A DNA stretch of 64,000 bases from Felis catus (taxonomy: Eukaryota). A program made the translations under genes and the position numbers. The notes beneath the pieces are model-generated. The model was not told the origin of the DNA, ran no database searches, and saw only the letters and a program-made list of their open reading frames with translations. Positions 37,385 through 49,599 of the stretch are shown here, one piece after another (within the stretch, counting starts at the first letter, position 1; every line of letters begins with the position of its first letter). The stretch covers positions 20,090,001 to 20,154,000 of the forward strand of contig NC_058383.1 of NCBI RefSeq assembly GCF_018350175.1. The letters are read 5' to 3'.

Positions 37385-37684
37385 ATTTTAATTTAATTTT
37401 ATTATTTTATTTATTTTACTTTATTTTATTATTTTATTTATTTTATTGTTTTATTTTATTTTATTTATTATTGTATTTTATTTATTTTATTTTATTTTAT
37501 TATTTTATTTTATTTTACTTTATTTTATTATTTTATTTTATTGTTTTATTTTATTTACTTTATTTTATTTATTTTTTTAATTTATTTAATTTATTTTATT
37601 TTATTATTTTATTTTATTTATTATTTTATTTTATTTACTTTATTTTATTATTTTATTTTATTTTACTTTATTTTATTTATTTTC

Positions 37685-37804
37685 AAGTAGGCTTCACACC
37701 CAGTGTGGAGCCCAACATGGGGCTTGAACTCATGATCTTGAGATTAAGATCTGAGCTGAGGTCAAGTGTCAGACACTTAACTGACTGAACCACTCAGGTG
37801 TCCC
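37685..37804 (-). mobile_element. Older short-form CanSINE head (no CT segment)
   Basis: AAGTAGGCTTCACACCCAGTGTGGAGCCC...CACTCAGGTGTCCC; probable TSD CTCT(G/A)GTTCTT at 36498-36508 and 37804-37814. Confidence 0.88.
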
Positions 37805-38887
37805 TCTAGTTCTTCTGATTCTGGGATGATCCAGATGGCACCCTCTACAATCACCTTCTAAAATGTTAGCCCTTTACCACTCCACCTCTATCTGTGGACT
37901 GCTTCTCTGAGTGGTTCCTGCTTTATAAAAGAAGGGGCTTGTGATTCTTAGAAGGGGCACTTTAAGCCATTTTGACATTGTCATTAGAACCTTTCCTCAA
38001 CAGAATAGGGTCTGAGATGTTATTAACTTCTTTATTAATTCATTGATTTCGCAGGCATGTATTGAACACTTATGGGTGTACCTGGACTCTGTCCTTGATG
38101 GTAGGAATATAGAAATGCAAAAGTTATTCCCAGCCTAGAGATGCTTAGAGCTGAGAGTAGGTGATAGACACCTAAACAGAGTATTTCAATAAGCCGGGGT
38201 AAGTTTTAGGAAGGAGGTACCCCAAATACATTAGGAAGGAAGAAGAATACTGGTTAGTTCTGTCTAGTAGTTTGGGGATGGGATTATGGGTCCACTGACC
38301 TGGACTTAAGCGTAAATCCTGTGTAAGCACGAATGGTTAAGTGGGGTCATTTCGGCCAGAGGAAGCAGCATAGGCTGAAGTCCAGAGAGCACGGAGCAGC
38401 CAGGGCTCTGTGAGGACATGGTAGGGGTTACTGGGAGGTTCAGGAAGGAGCAGTGGCTTTTGGATGCGGCCAGAGAAGAAAGCATGAGCCAGACCAGGGT
38501 GGAGAGCTTGGACCTCATCCACAGACCCACATACAGCCTGAGCAAATAGCCCTGGAAGCAGAAATAATATGGAGCGGGGGCTCCCTCTCTCCACTCACAA
38601 TATCAGCTTCAGTATAAACACACCACCAGGAAAATGAGTCCCTGGAGATAATCAGGTTTGGTCTTATTGTGCTATGGGCATTGCCAATGTAATCACTGAT
38701 TTTCAATTCACAAATCCTATTTGTTGTTCCCTTTTCTCTAAGACAACAATATATAGTGTTTTCCACTCACTCTAAGCAGAATAAGCAAATCACTTCCCCA
38801 TTAGATTGGCCCTTCACAGAGAGGAGCATTATTGGGTAGCTGTATGAGGATCAATTGTACCCAAGAGGTCACACTGTGCTTTGGAAT

Positions 38888-38908
38888 TCTCTCTCTGTCT
38901 CTGTCTCT

Positions 38909-38965
<57 letters not shown>
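38888..38965. repeat. Compound (TC)n(CA)n microsatellite
   Basis: Direct reading. Confidence 0.96.
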
Positions 38966-38967
<2 letters not shown>

Positions 38968-40561
38968 CCTGCAAGGGTTGCCAATACATGATGCTTCTTG
39001 CCAGTTCACCCTTCTATTGCGGCCCTTGTAGAGAGTGTACCCAGGAGGGCGACATCAGAGACCATGTAAAAAACTAGGGCTTCCACACTTCTCAAAGCCT
39101 TCCTTCTCTTTTAATGAATCTCTCTCGTTTCCTTTATGAGGTCAGCTGTTTTTGTCTACAAAGCTCACTCATAAGCTGGGATTTTCTGGTACTGGATGGT
39201 ACTGGATGCCTGCACCTGTTGGAAGAATAACCCAGAAAGACTCTGAAATGCCACATAGTCCCTGGTGGTTGGAATTCTGAGTTTCCAAAATGGCGATTCT
39301 AGAATTCTCAGAGTTCCTAAACTCCAGGATGCTGGGTTTTGAAGAGTCTACCAGCACAACATATCAGACATGGGACAGAGCCACGGAGGGCAAAGTCTTC
39401 GGCCTCTTGACTCACTGTCACCAAGAGGCAGCCCCCAACGTCCCGGCGGTCCCAATCTCACAGAAGCTGTTGTACTTTGAGGCTTTTAGAGGGAAATTAA
39501 ATACTGTTGGCCAACGGTGTCCCAAATCTAGAACAGCAGAAGGGTCACTGATGGTCCAACACCAAGCCAGGCACCCTACTGGCAGCCTGAGTGATCTAGA
39601 GCCAATTGGGAGTGATTATGAGGCACACACTGATTCTGTGGGTATCATTTCTCAGCTGCTACAACCTGTGGTTTCCCCGACTCTTCCGTCTTTTACCTTG
39701 CACCCTTAAGAGGAGATATCAACTATTCCTTTTGGAAACAGATCCTGTAGCAATAAAATTTGTGGGCAATTGCAAGCATGCAATATTGAACTAGGTGCGC
39801 TGCCTGCACAAGCTCATCACGGAGTTAATGAAAAGGACGTGGGAGAAGGGGCCTTACAATTCTAGAGTCTACTGAGGATGTGGCCTCCGGCAAAGCCACT
39901 TCTCTCCGGCCTTCCGTGTCCCATCTCTAGATTGAAGTTGTTGAATTGCATCACGATAGCCAATTTAGATGCCAATGGGGGGCAGAAAGATAACGTAGAG
40001 CAACGAAGCAGGCTGGTTGTGTGGGCAAATGTTGCACGAGCTGCTGGAGAAGGGGGCTGTGGCACACGGGAGAATGTGACCAGCCCTGTATCCACTCCAG
40101 ATCATTGCTTCCACGCAGGAATATAGGCCCAGAGTTCCGAGAGCTTCTGGGTTTCCAGTAGAAGCCAGTACTCTCGATTTTATGAGAAATCTCTGCCTTT
40201 GTAAAGGTCAGCCTAACATTTTGTTTTGAAATGCTGAGAAAGCCAAGTGATCTCATCCATTGGCCAAATTTCAACAGGCTCCCAGATTCCATCTTCTACG
40301 CTGGCTGGCCTGCCTCCCACAATGACAATACTTTGCTGGGATAGACTTCCTACCAAGAACTTTGGCCAGCCTTCTGTGACTGTCATTCTGTGATTGCCCC
40401 ATTCTCATTTAGCTGAGTGATTTCAGCCCGTCACTTCACATCTCTTGTAAAATGGAAAACAATGAGCCCAACTCATGGGGCTGCTGTGAGAACTAGCTAA
40501 ACAACCCTGCTCAGAGTGCTGTGAGTGTCCCCACCTTTCCTTCTTCACCCTTTCCTTTTCT

Positions 40562-40790
40562 TCTTTTTTATTTTAAGATTAAAAAAATTTTTAAGTTTAT
40601 TTATTTTGAGAGAGACAGAGACAGCATGAGTAGGGGAAGGACAGTGAGCCAGGGAGAGAGAATCTCAAGCAGGCTCTGCACTGTCAGTGCATAGCCCGAT
40701 GTGGGGGTTGAACCCACAAAACCACGAGATCATGACCTGAGCTGAAACTGAGGGTCATACGCTTAACCGACTGAGCCACCCGGGCACCCC
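40562..40790 (-). mobile_element. CanSINE (SINEC)
   Basis: TSD CCCTTTCCTTTTC on both sides; head ...GAGCCACCCGGGCACCCC. Confidence 0.94.
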
Positions 40791-41302
40791 TACCCTTTCC
40801 TTTTCGACTTTCATTTACTCATTCAGTCACTCAAATAAATAATAATTGGGAGTTTACTGTGCTCAGTGCTAGAAATGCAGTAGGGAACAAGTGAGCCAGG
40901 ATCTCTGAACTTTTGGAAATATTGATGACAATGCAAGTGTCACTCTTGGATGCTAATTGTATTCCAAGACTATGTTTAGTGCTTTACCAACATTAGCCCT
41001 TTTATATTTTATTCTTGTAATCCGTCTACAGAATATCAACTATTATTCATACTCTACAGATTAGGGAAACATGGGATAGATTAGTTGCTTCAGGTTACCC
41101 AGCGAATAATGGTAGACGTGGAACTTGAACCTAGTTCTGCCCCACCTAAAGCATTGAATAAAACTCCAGTGACTTTAGGCTGCTGGGGCAGACCAGTAAA
41201 GGAACAATCGAGTATTATGTGATAGAGACTGAGAGAGAAGACATATGGGGGGGGGCGGTGCTGTGGGAGCATAGAAGATGGGTACTTTTCCAGTTGGGGT
41301 GT

Positions 41303-41335
<33 letters not shown>

Positions 41336-42169
41336 GTGAGGGTGGTGGTCAGGGTAAGTGTCCCAAAAGAAATGACATGTAAGCCGGGGTCTGAACTTCT
41401 GGGACTCTGATGGGAAGCAGTGGTGTGGCACCTACAGGGGTGACTGGCATGGCATTTTTTTTCTGGGCTTCCCCACTTGACATCTCTCATGTGAAGGGTC
41501 TTGACGCTTCAAACATTGTGACTCATATATTGAAAAGAAATCACCCGGAGGCTGCCGAGAGAAAGAGCGGTTCCTTCATATGGCGTCACGAGAGACGTCC
41601 CCTTCTGGGAAAGGCGGTTGACCAGTTGCCCTTCCATTGCTCCACTTCCTCGTCTTGCAGAATTTGTTCTTCGGGAGCAGTGGTTCCAAGCTAAGAATTC
41701 TGGGCTCAGGGACGGGGGAGGCAGGATGGTCCAGTGGTGGAGCTCACGGGCTCTGGCATCAGATTACTTGACTTTTTCCTACCTCAGTTTCCCGATTGGC
41801 CAAATGGACTTCACGACAACAGGGCTCAGAGTAATTGGGACGGTTAAAGAGAGAATGATGTGGAAGACCGACCAAGGGGGCTCCGCCTAACGGGTGCCCA
41901 GCAGCTACTTGTTGATTAAAGAATCGGGAAAACCCAAATCAAACCCACCTTCCCTCATTCAGCAAATGTTCTTTGAGCGCTTCATATGTGACACACACGC
42001 ACACACGCACACACACGCACGCATCGAAACCATTTTAGTCTCAGGATACCCTGGTGAGATAAGAGTTCTTAAAGTTTTTCACGGACGAGCTCTCAGCGTC
42101 CTTCAAATTATCAAGCTCTGTTCTCTGAAGGGGCAGGTAGGTGTCAGGGAACCTACCCCTGTCCCCCCA

Positions 42170-42390
42170 CACTGCCTCGTGGCCTTTGCAGTTCCTTCTA
42201 CCTAGAATGCTTTTCTTACAGATATTGACAGGATATACTCTCAATTCGTTCAGATTTCTACTCAGAAGTCACCTCTGAGAAGCCCTCCCTGAACTCTTTT
42301 TCTAACATAGCACCCCTGTTACTCCTTGCCCCTTACCCTGATTTGTTTTTCGTCACAGTACTGCATAACAGCCGACATTTTATCTACTGA
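42170..42390 (+). mobile_element. L2a fragment
   Basis: GGCCTTTGCAGTTCCTTCTACCTAGAATGCTTTTC...GTCACCTCTGAGAAGCCCTCCCTGA. Confidence 0.7.
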
Positions 42391-42434
42391 TCAATTATTT
42401 ACCTATCCATTATCTATCAGCTATCTATTGTATT

Positions 42435-42630
42435 ATCTATCTATCTGTCTATCTATGGATGGAGAAATGGATGGATGAACAGGTGGATGGATGGATGGAT
42501 GGATGGATGGTTGGATGGAAGGATGGATACATGGGAGGACAGATAGACGACTGGTGAGAAGATGAATGGATGAATGAATGGATAGAGAGGAAGATGAGTG
42601 GATGCATGGGTTGGGTGGGCTGATGGATGG
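42435..42630. repeat. (CTAT)n then degenerate (GGAT)n
   Basis: Direct reading. Confidence 0.92.
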
Positions 42631-44465
42631 AAAACACATGGGATTTTGAGTCAGAAGAGCCTGGACTGAGTCCTACTGTGTCTCTCACTTGCTCCTACTC
42701 CCATCTCTGTCCCATTCATTGACATCACCGTGACCATTGTCAAAGCATTAGGCAAGAAGAATGACCTATTATTTCACGATGCTCACATCTTGCCCAGGAG
42801 TTTAAAAGCGGCATTCTGGGGTACCTTCTAGTTTTACAGAGTGGCTAACAGCTAAGGGGGGGTCCTGTTTGCCTCTCACTCCCGGACTTCAAGTAGAGCG
42901 GCCCCCTTTTGTCTGTCATAAACATGCAAATTCTGCATGATATTTTAGTTGATCAAGAAAGGTAAACTGCTATAAAATGAAACACGCTCTGATATCCACA
43001 TATGGTCTAACCATCTCATTTCATGGGTAATGAAATTGTCCTGGAGGTACGAATTTACTTCCACCAAAGTCTCCTGGGGATTAACGTCACCATCAGGACC
43101 TAGCTTAACTGCAACTCCCAGTGCGGTTTTCTTCCCATAGTGTAATTCGTTTATGCAACCATTTGACGCACATTTATTGGGCACCTACTCTGTCCTGCAT
43201 CCAAATCTCATACCTCAATCCTAGGTGCTTCGGGTGTAGAGATGAACAGGACAGGCAAGTTTCCTGTACCCTGGCAACATCCAAGACGCAAATAATTAAA
43301 CCAGATAATTCTGCATACGAAACTAAGGCAAATGAGAGCAAGCTCTGTGGGAAGCTGGCGGTGGTGATGGTGGTAGGTGTCCCGGGAATCCATTTCAAGG
43401 ACACTAGCTACAAACGAGCAGGGGCATAGCCATTGGACCTTCCCCAGTGAAAAAAGAGTTGCTTCTCTCAGAAGAAAACAAGTTTGGTTAAGACCCCAAA
43501 CTCCTACCCTTCCCGTTTCCTCATCCTGTCCGGGTCTGCAAATCCTTGCCCGTAAAGCGGCTCTCAGGAGCCCATGCCAACCAGGGTGGCAGGTGTATCT
43601 TATTGCTTGGTGAGCCCAGGATCTGATGGTGGTGGCCGTCCCCCACACTGACGTGCCTGTTTTAAGTGTTCAGTGGTCCCAGGATTGGACTTTTATCAGC
43701 CTCGCTGCCCGGTTTCCATTTATGGTGCTCCAGCTTCTGCTAGACTCTTCTGTGCAAGTTGACGGGCAGTTTACGCTCAGAGGGAGTGACGGTAAATTAA
43801 TTTGGAACACATGCAGATGTGTAGACTTACCAGACTGCACCATTCAGGATGGCTTCACAGCACAGAGGGAACTGGGGAGCCTTTGAACGTGCCTCCCACT
43901 GGTAGGGATGATAGTGATGGGAGGTTGTGGGGAAAAAAGACTTCTCACCAGAACTAAAGTCCGGGAGAGTTACGGGCACCCCCGTTTGGGGACCTTGAAG
44001 CACACATTTTTAGAGGAATAAGAAACATAGCTGATTCGTCCTAGATCAAATTGGAGAGTCCGAGTTTTTAATCTGTCGTTTTTTATTCTGGTGCTTATCT
44101 TCTGATAAGCTTCTCAAGAACATGATACATAACCAAGGAAGCCCTCATTAGGCACCCACTGTGTGCATAGCTGCCCGATGAAAAGGGAGGACATCTAGAA
44201 GATGTGATTCCCGTTGCCGAAGATGTTTCTGGAAGGTGTGCGGTCACCGGGCAAAAATGACTCTGGGATGCGGTGCATGGAGAAGGCCAGGGGCTCAGTA
44301 TCTCCTCTGAAAGGTATACGGAGTGGTGGTCATGCTCCGCCCGTCACCGCCACAAAACCTCCTCCATCCCATCCTGTCCCTGCCCTGGAGCCACCGCCTC
44401 AGGGGGCACTGGTTTCTCCGATTCCCTCACCTGGACGCAGCCACCGAGCACGGGCCACACTCGAA

Positions 44466-44972
44466 CTGTATTTGGTTCTCAGCTGTAAGCGACAGAAACT
44501 CAACTCCAAGCAACCGAGGCACAAAATTCTTCACATACCGCATTGTCATCCTTCAGGCACAGTTGGATCCAGGAGCTCAAACAATGCCACTGGGCTCTGG
44601 CTTTTGTATTCTGCTGCCTTCACTTTCAGAAGAGCCCTCCTCTATGGGTGGGGTGGGCAGCTTCAAGTTGATATCTCTCCAGGCTCAGCAACTTTGGGAG
44701 AAAGCTGCTATTCAGAGCTTATTCGGAGGAGGTCCCAGGATTGAAGCTCACTGGACCGATTCGAGTCATGTGCCCATTCCTCCACCAATCACTGTGGCCA
44801 GAGGAATGGAACACTCTGACTGGCCAACCTATGATGGGCTGTCGCCCTGAAGCTGGACAGCGGGGTCAATGACCCCATATGAAGTTATAGCGGGTCAGGT
44901 GTGGTTCTGCAAAGCAAAACAGGTGCTGTTACCCAAAGGTGGGGAAATAGATTCTAGAAGGGCGAAAACAAC
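44466..44972 (-). mobile_element. MLT1J-like solo LTR
   Basis: GCTGTAAGCGACAGAAACTCAACTC, CTTCAGGCACAGTTGGATCCAGGAGCTCAAAC, GTCATGTGCCCATTCCT...CCAATCACTGTGGCCAGAGGAATGG. Confidence 0.8.
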
Positions 44973-45780
44973 CTGTGCGCATTTCACCATCTCGTGACGC
45001 ATTTCACATCGCACCTTGTATCATAGTCATTTCTGCTTATCTCCCCTCCCGGGTAAATGCTTCTCCAGGCCAGAACCCACATCTGTTTCAGCGTCTTCTG
45101 CTTGACCCTGGGGAGTGCCTTTCAAATGGCAGGTGCTCAATAAATACGGCTTTAATGGAGCGATATATACCCAGGCTCTTCTTTTACTCTACTTGGTGTA
45201 ATTATATTAAGAATCCCTGCGTGGAAGGAAATGCTCATTTCAGAACTCCTTTCCAACAAATACATCTTCCTGTGAAAGGCAAAGCCTTCAGAGCTTGTAT
45301 CGTCCCTGGTTTTTATGGTTAACAAATAAAGTTGAACAAAATTAATGAATGTGTCAAAATTTCTGAGGCTTTGATGACTCAGACTCATTGGGTAAATGTT
45401 TCCATTGAATGAAACAGATTTATCTTTCCATTGTTTGTAACTTCAGGTCATTTCATAGCTGAGGCTGGTGTGGGAAGAGAGAGGATGTGAAGTGTTTTCC
45501 AGGTATCTGGAAGGTTCGGGCTCACAAAGTTTAATTAAAAGTTAAGACATAGAATTCAAGGAAGTTTTTTGTTATAGAGCTTTAAACTCAGCTTGGAATA
45601 GCCAAAGTCAGATGAAACAGTCTGGTCTAAGTAAGGGGATTCTTTTCATTATAGGGATCAACCAGTGGGTTAAGGAGAAACCCCAGCACTGTTCGGGAAT
45701 AGCTCTTAAATTCAACCAACTCCTATGTAACCACTACATAGGAGTTACTCAAGGAGCTTGTCAAAAATACATATTTCTGG

Positions 45781-45997
45781 GGGCGCCTGGGTGGCTCAGT
45801 CGGTTAAGCGTCCGACTTCAGCTCAGGTCACGATCTCGCGGTCCGTGAGTTCGAGCCCCGCATAGGGCTCTGTGCTGACCGCTCAGAGCCTGGAGCCTGT
45901 TTTGGATTCTGTGTCTCCCTCTCTCTCTGACCCTCCCCCGTTCATGCTCTGTCTCTCTCTGTCTCAAAAATAAATAAATGTTAAACAAAATTTTTTT
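45781..45997 (+). mobile_element. Feline CanSINE
   Basis: TSD AAAAATACATATTTCTGGG at 45763-45781 and 45998-46016. Confidence 0.97.
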
Positions 45998-46091
45998 AAA
46001 AATACATATTTCTGGGCTCAGCTCTAAGATTTTGGTTCAACATTTATATGGGGTTGGATGCAGGAATCTGTTTTTGAAAAAGTACCCTGGT

Positions 46092-46295
46092 GGGGCACCT
46101 GGGTGGCTCAGTCGGTTGAGTGTCAGACTTTGGCTCGAGTCATGATCTCATGGCTCACGAGTTCGAGCCCCATGTCAGGTTCACTGCGGTTGGTGCAGAG
46201 ACCAGTTAGGATCCACTGTCCCCCACCTGCTTGCGCTCTCTCAAAAATAAAATAAAATATTTTAAAAATTTTTAAATAAAGTAAGGTGACTTAAA
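46092..46295 (+). mobile_element. CanSINE (SINEC)
   Basis: GGGGCACCTGGGTGGCTCAGTCGG head; flanking AAAAGTACC..GGTG repeat. Confidence 0.92.
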
Positions 46296-46557
46296 AAAAA
46301 AGTACCTCGGTGAGGCCAGGTGTGAGAACCTCTGTCTGTGGGCTGCAGAACTCCTGCTCCAAGCAGTGCATGATGGGTAGGGGCTGAGCACCTGGAGTTG
46401 GCAAGATTGGGGTGAGAATGTTGGCTTTGCTTCTCACTGGCTGGGGAGCCTTGGGTAAGACTTAAATTCTTCGAGGCTCAGGAGAGAAAGGAAGATGAGC
46501 ACAGTCCTTACCTCCAGGGGAGCACGAGGATGAGAACAGGTAATGTACGTAAAACAC

Positions 46558-46691
46558 AGAGAGAGAATCTTACGCAGGCTCTACGCTCAGCACAGAGCCT
46601 GATGCGGGGCTTGATCCCACGACCCTGAGATCATGACCTGAGCTGAAATCAAGAGTCTGACACTCAACCCATCGAACCACCCAGGTGCCCC
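46558..46691 (-). mobile_element. CanSINE fragment
   Basis: GCAGGCTCTACGCTCAGCACAGAGCC...CCACCCAGGTGCCCC. Confidence 0.9.
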
Positions 46692-46839
46692 ATGTGTCTC
46701 ACTTTAAACAAACCGCTCCGTAAGGGAAATTAGCAGTCACAACTTTATAATAATAATATAGTAATAACATGCATTTATAGAGTGCTTACTGTATGCTAGA
46801 CCCAGTTCTAAGTGCTATCCAAATATTAACCCATTTTAT

Positions 46840-47062
46840 TTATTTTTTTGTTTTTTAAAAATTTTATTATTATTATTATTGAGAGATAGAGACAGTGAGA
46901 GGGGAAGGAGCAGAGAGAGGGAGAGAGAGAGAGAATCCCCAGCAGGCTCTGCACTGTCAGCCCAGAGCCCGGTGCGGGGCTCAAACCCATGACACTGCAA
47001 GATGGTGACCTGAGCAGAAACCAAGAGTCGGACGCTTAACCAACTGAGCCACCCAGGTGCCT
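46840..47062 (-). mobile_element. CanSINE inserted in a MIR (46760-47160)
   Basis: TSD TTAACCC(A/G)TTTTATT; MIR core CCCATTATATAGATGAGCAAACTGAGGCA downstream. Confidence 0.93.
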
Positions 47063-48399
47063 CTTAACCCGTTTTATTCTTACAAGAATCTCATGAGGTA
47101 GGGGCCATTATCATTCCCATTATATAGATGAGCAAACTGAGGCATGTAGCGATTACGTAACCCCTTTCTTTGGGGACAACCCGACTGTAGGAGCCATATG
47201 GGTGGCGAAAGAACCTCTCCCCAGAGAGAATGTCATTTGACTTAGCAAGACTGGGTGGAAACACAGCTCTTGGGAGCAGATCTGCGGTGTGAAATAAATC
47301 CAATTTAATTGCCTCTTGGACAGGCAGGCATTTTCACCTAGGCTCTCAGCTTCTCAAATCCTGGGGCGTGGCTTTTTTGAAGAGATTCAATTATTCTGTG
47401 CCCTCATGCTTATACGGCTGGTGACCTTCCGGGCTGCATTTGCCTTAGGATCTTGTCACCTCAGGGGTCACGTGAGATTTTCTGCCCTTCTGCCTCAATT
47501 CCTACGCCAGGCACTGCTTGGAACGTCCCGCCCTGATACTCCTGAGGATATGATGTGGCTCAGAGGGGGTGGCCCAGCCCAGAGGAGTACATCCCTGCTG
47601 CTCGGCAGGACGGAGAGTCAGCGGGGGGAATGGAGCCAAGCCCTCTGCCCGCGGCCTCCCTCCTGGTCCGAGAGAAAGCCGGGCATCAAAGAGCTCCTTG
47701 CAAAGGCAGTGCCCACGCTCCCAGGCAGCCCGCGCACCTGCCTGCAAGAACGTGGTATCTGCTTCCTTGGAAATCAATTACCGGGGCCCGTTTAATGAGC
47801 TGCTTGCCTCCAGGGCCCATTTAATGAGCTGTTTGCGTCTCATACCAATTCTGATCGACATGCGGTTGGTCTTGTTGGTCTCCCTGGGCCCACGGAGCTG
47901 GATTTGGGGAGGCGAAGGCCAGTTCCCAGACCCACAGGCCGAAGGACGGCGTCTCCCCTTCCCTCCCCCCAGCCCCTGCCCACGTACGGAGACTCTTGTC
48001 AGCGTCGAAAATTCCGCCGTCGCCATCCATTCCTTTGGGCTTAAAGCCCATCTTTGATCTTCTTTTGCTTTTCTACTGCTTGCTAGATGGCTTGTAAATC
48101 TCAAAGAAGCGTGCATGCCTGCTTTCGCTAGACAAACAATTCAAAGGCATTTAAAGAAGTCAATAATCTCTGCCCTTCCTCCTTCTAACTTTGCCTCCAA
48201 CCCCTGGGAAAAACAGCAGTGGCTCTCTGTCTTATGTCTGATTTTAAAAGCTCAAAAGCCATGTACAAATGCTCAGACATGTTTGCAGAATTTTTTTTTT
48301 TTTTTCTGGACTTGGATCGCATTGAGCACACTACCCTTACAGCTTGTTTTTTTTTTTTTTTTTTTTTTTCCCCTATCACACCAGAAATTCCTGCAGATA

Positions 48400-49090
48400 C
48401 ATGGTTAGATCGGCTCATCTTTTTAAATAGCTGTATAATATTTCACAGTTGGGATTGACATCATGAATTCCACCATTCTCCTGCTGACTGATACCCAGAC
48501 TGTGTTCAGGGTATTTGCGGGTGCATGCTTGACATTTCCCACAACACACACGCTCGTGTTTCTGTACGTACTTTCATTTCTGTAAAATAGATCACCCTAA
48601 GTGGAGGTTTCTACGTCAGAAAGTTTATGCATCCTAAACACAAGAACAAACAAACAAAAACGGGAGGGGCCGTGGGGGGGCTCAGTCAGTCGAGGGTCCA
48701 ACTCTTGCTTTTGGCTCAGGTCATGATTCCAGGGTTGTGAGATCAAGCTGTGTGTCAGGCTCCACGCTTAGCATGAATTCTCTCTCTCTCTCTCTGCCCC
48801 TCTCCCCTGTTCACCCTCTCTTTCGCTCACTCAAAAAAAAAAAAAAAGGGTTATGCATTCTTATTATGATAGCTATTGCCAGATTAGTTCCCAAAGAGCA
48901 ATGAAGGCTCTCAGATACAGGAATATTGGGATGCTTGCTTCCCGAGACACAGCCTGGCGCGGGGTATCATCAGTCTTTTCTTACTTTTATTAATCTGACT
49001 GATGGGAGTGGAATCTCACGGTTGCTTTGCTATGCATTTCTCTGTGTAACAGTGCATTTGTGCACCTTTTCATATGGCGAATTGTGTTTT
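48400..49090 (-). mobile_element. Old L1ME-like 3' fragment interrupted by a SINE
   Basis: CTCATCTTTTTAAATAGCTGTATAATATTTCA...CTCACGGTTGCTTTGCTATGCATTTCTCTG. Confidence 0.65.
48662..48847 (+). mobile_element. Older CanSINE
   Basis: CTCAGTCAGTCGAG...GGCTCAGGTCATGAT...CT run, A tail. Confidence 0.88.
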
Positions 49091-49214
49091 GGCCCCCAAT
49101 AATCCCTCTGCACATGCAATTTTTATCGAAAAGTATAATGCCCCCATGCCTTGGTCACAATTGCTTGTGAGCTCAGAGTGAGGCCTTACAAGAGGAACAT
49201 TGCAATGGAAGCAG

Positions 49215-49396
49215 GAATAGAGAACCATTCTGTATTTCTAACTCAGTTAGGGGCCTGGACCGTGTCAATGCCAAGACCACAGTGGTGACACCGGGCTGTA
49301 GTTTTGCAATGAGTTAACATCAGCGGAAAGGGCGCACGATCTCTGTATTACGTCTGACAACTGCATGTATCTCGGATTATCTCAAAAGAAAAAGTG
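49215..49396 (+). mobile_element. L1MC-like 3' terminus
   Basis: TAGTTTTGCAA...GATCTCTGTATTA...ACAACTGCATGT...ATTATCTCAAAAGAAAAAGT. Confidence 0.7.
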
Positions 49397-49599
49397 CAAG
49401 TAAGAGGTTTCTGAGGAGCCAATTCTCTCCTCTAGCGGTATTCCTCATGAAAATCTAGGATCTCTTTAGTTGAAGAGGCGCAAAGAGTGCCGTATGGAAC
49501 GTGCTCCTATCACTTGAACGTTCATTTCCCAGCAGAACCTCTTCATCAACCACATGATTTGGAGAGATCTTGAATATGTACCCAATGCACCACAATGTA

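Larger units (their letters stand above)
36509..37684. repeat. Expanded (TTTTA)n low-complexity tract hosting two SINEs
   Basis: About 740 bp of TTTTA/TTTA variants in three blocks. Confidence 0.95.
45700..46335. mobile_element. MER5-like fossil interrupted by two SINEs
   Basis: GGAGCTTGTCAAAAATACATATTTCTGG|GCTC...CAGGAATCTGTTTTTGAAAAAGTACC|...GTGAGAACCTCTG. Confidence 0.55.

Noticed and set aside
37471..37788. Hydrophobic 105-aa ORF (FYFILF...)
   Set aside because: Translation of the (TTTTA)n repeat, not a membrane protein
44214..44850. Two overlapping ~175-aa ORFs
   Set aside because: Run into an MLT1J LTR; no domain or splice support
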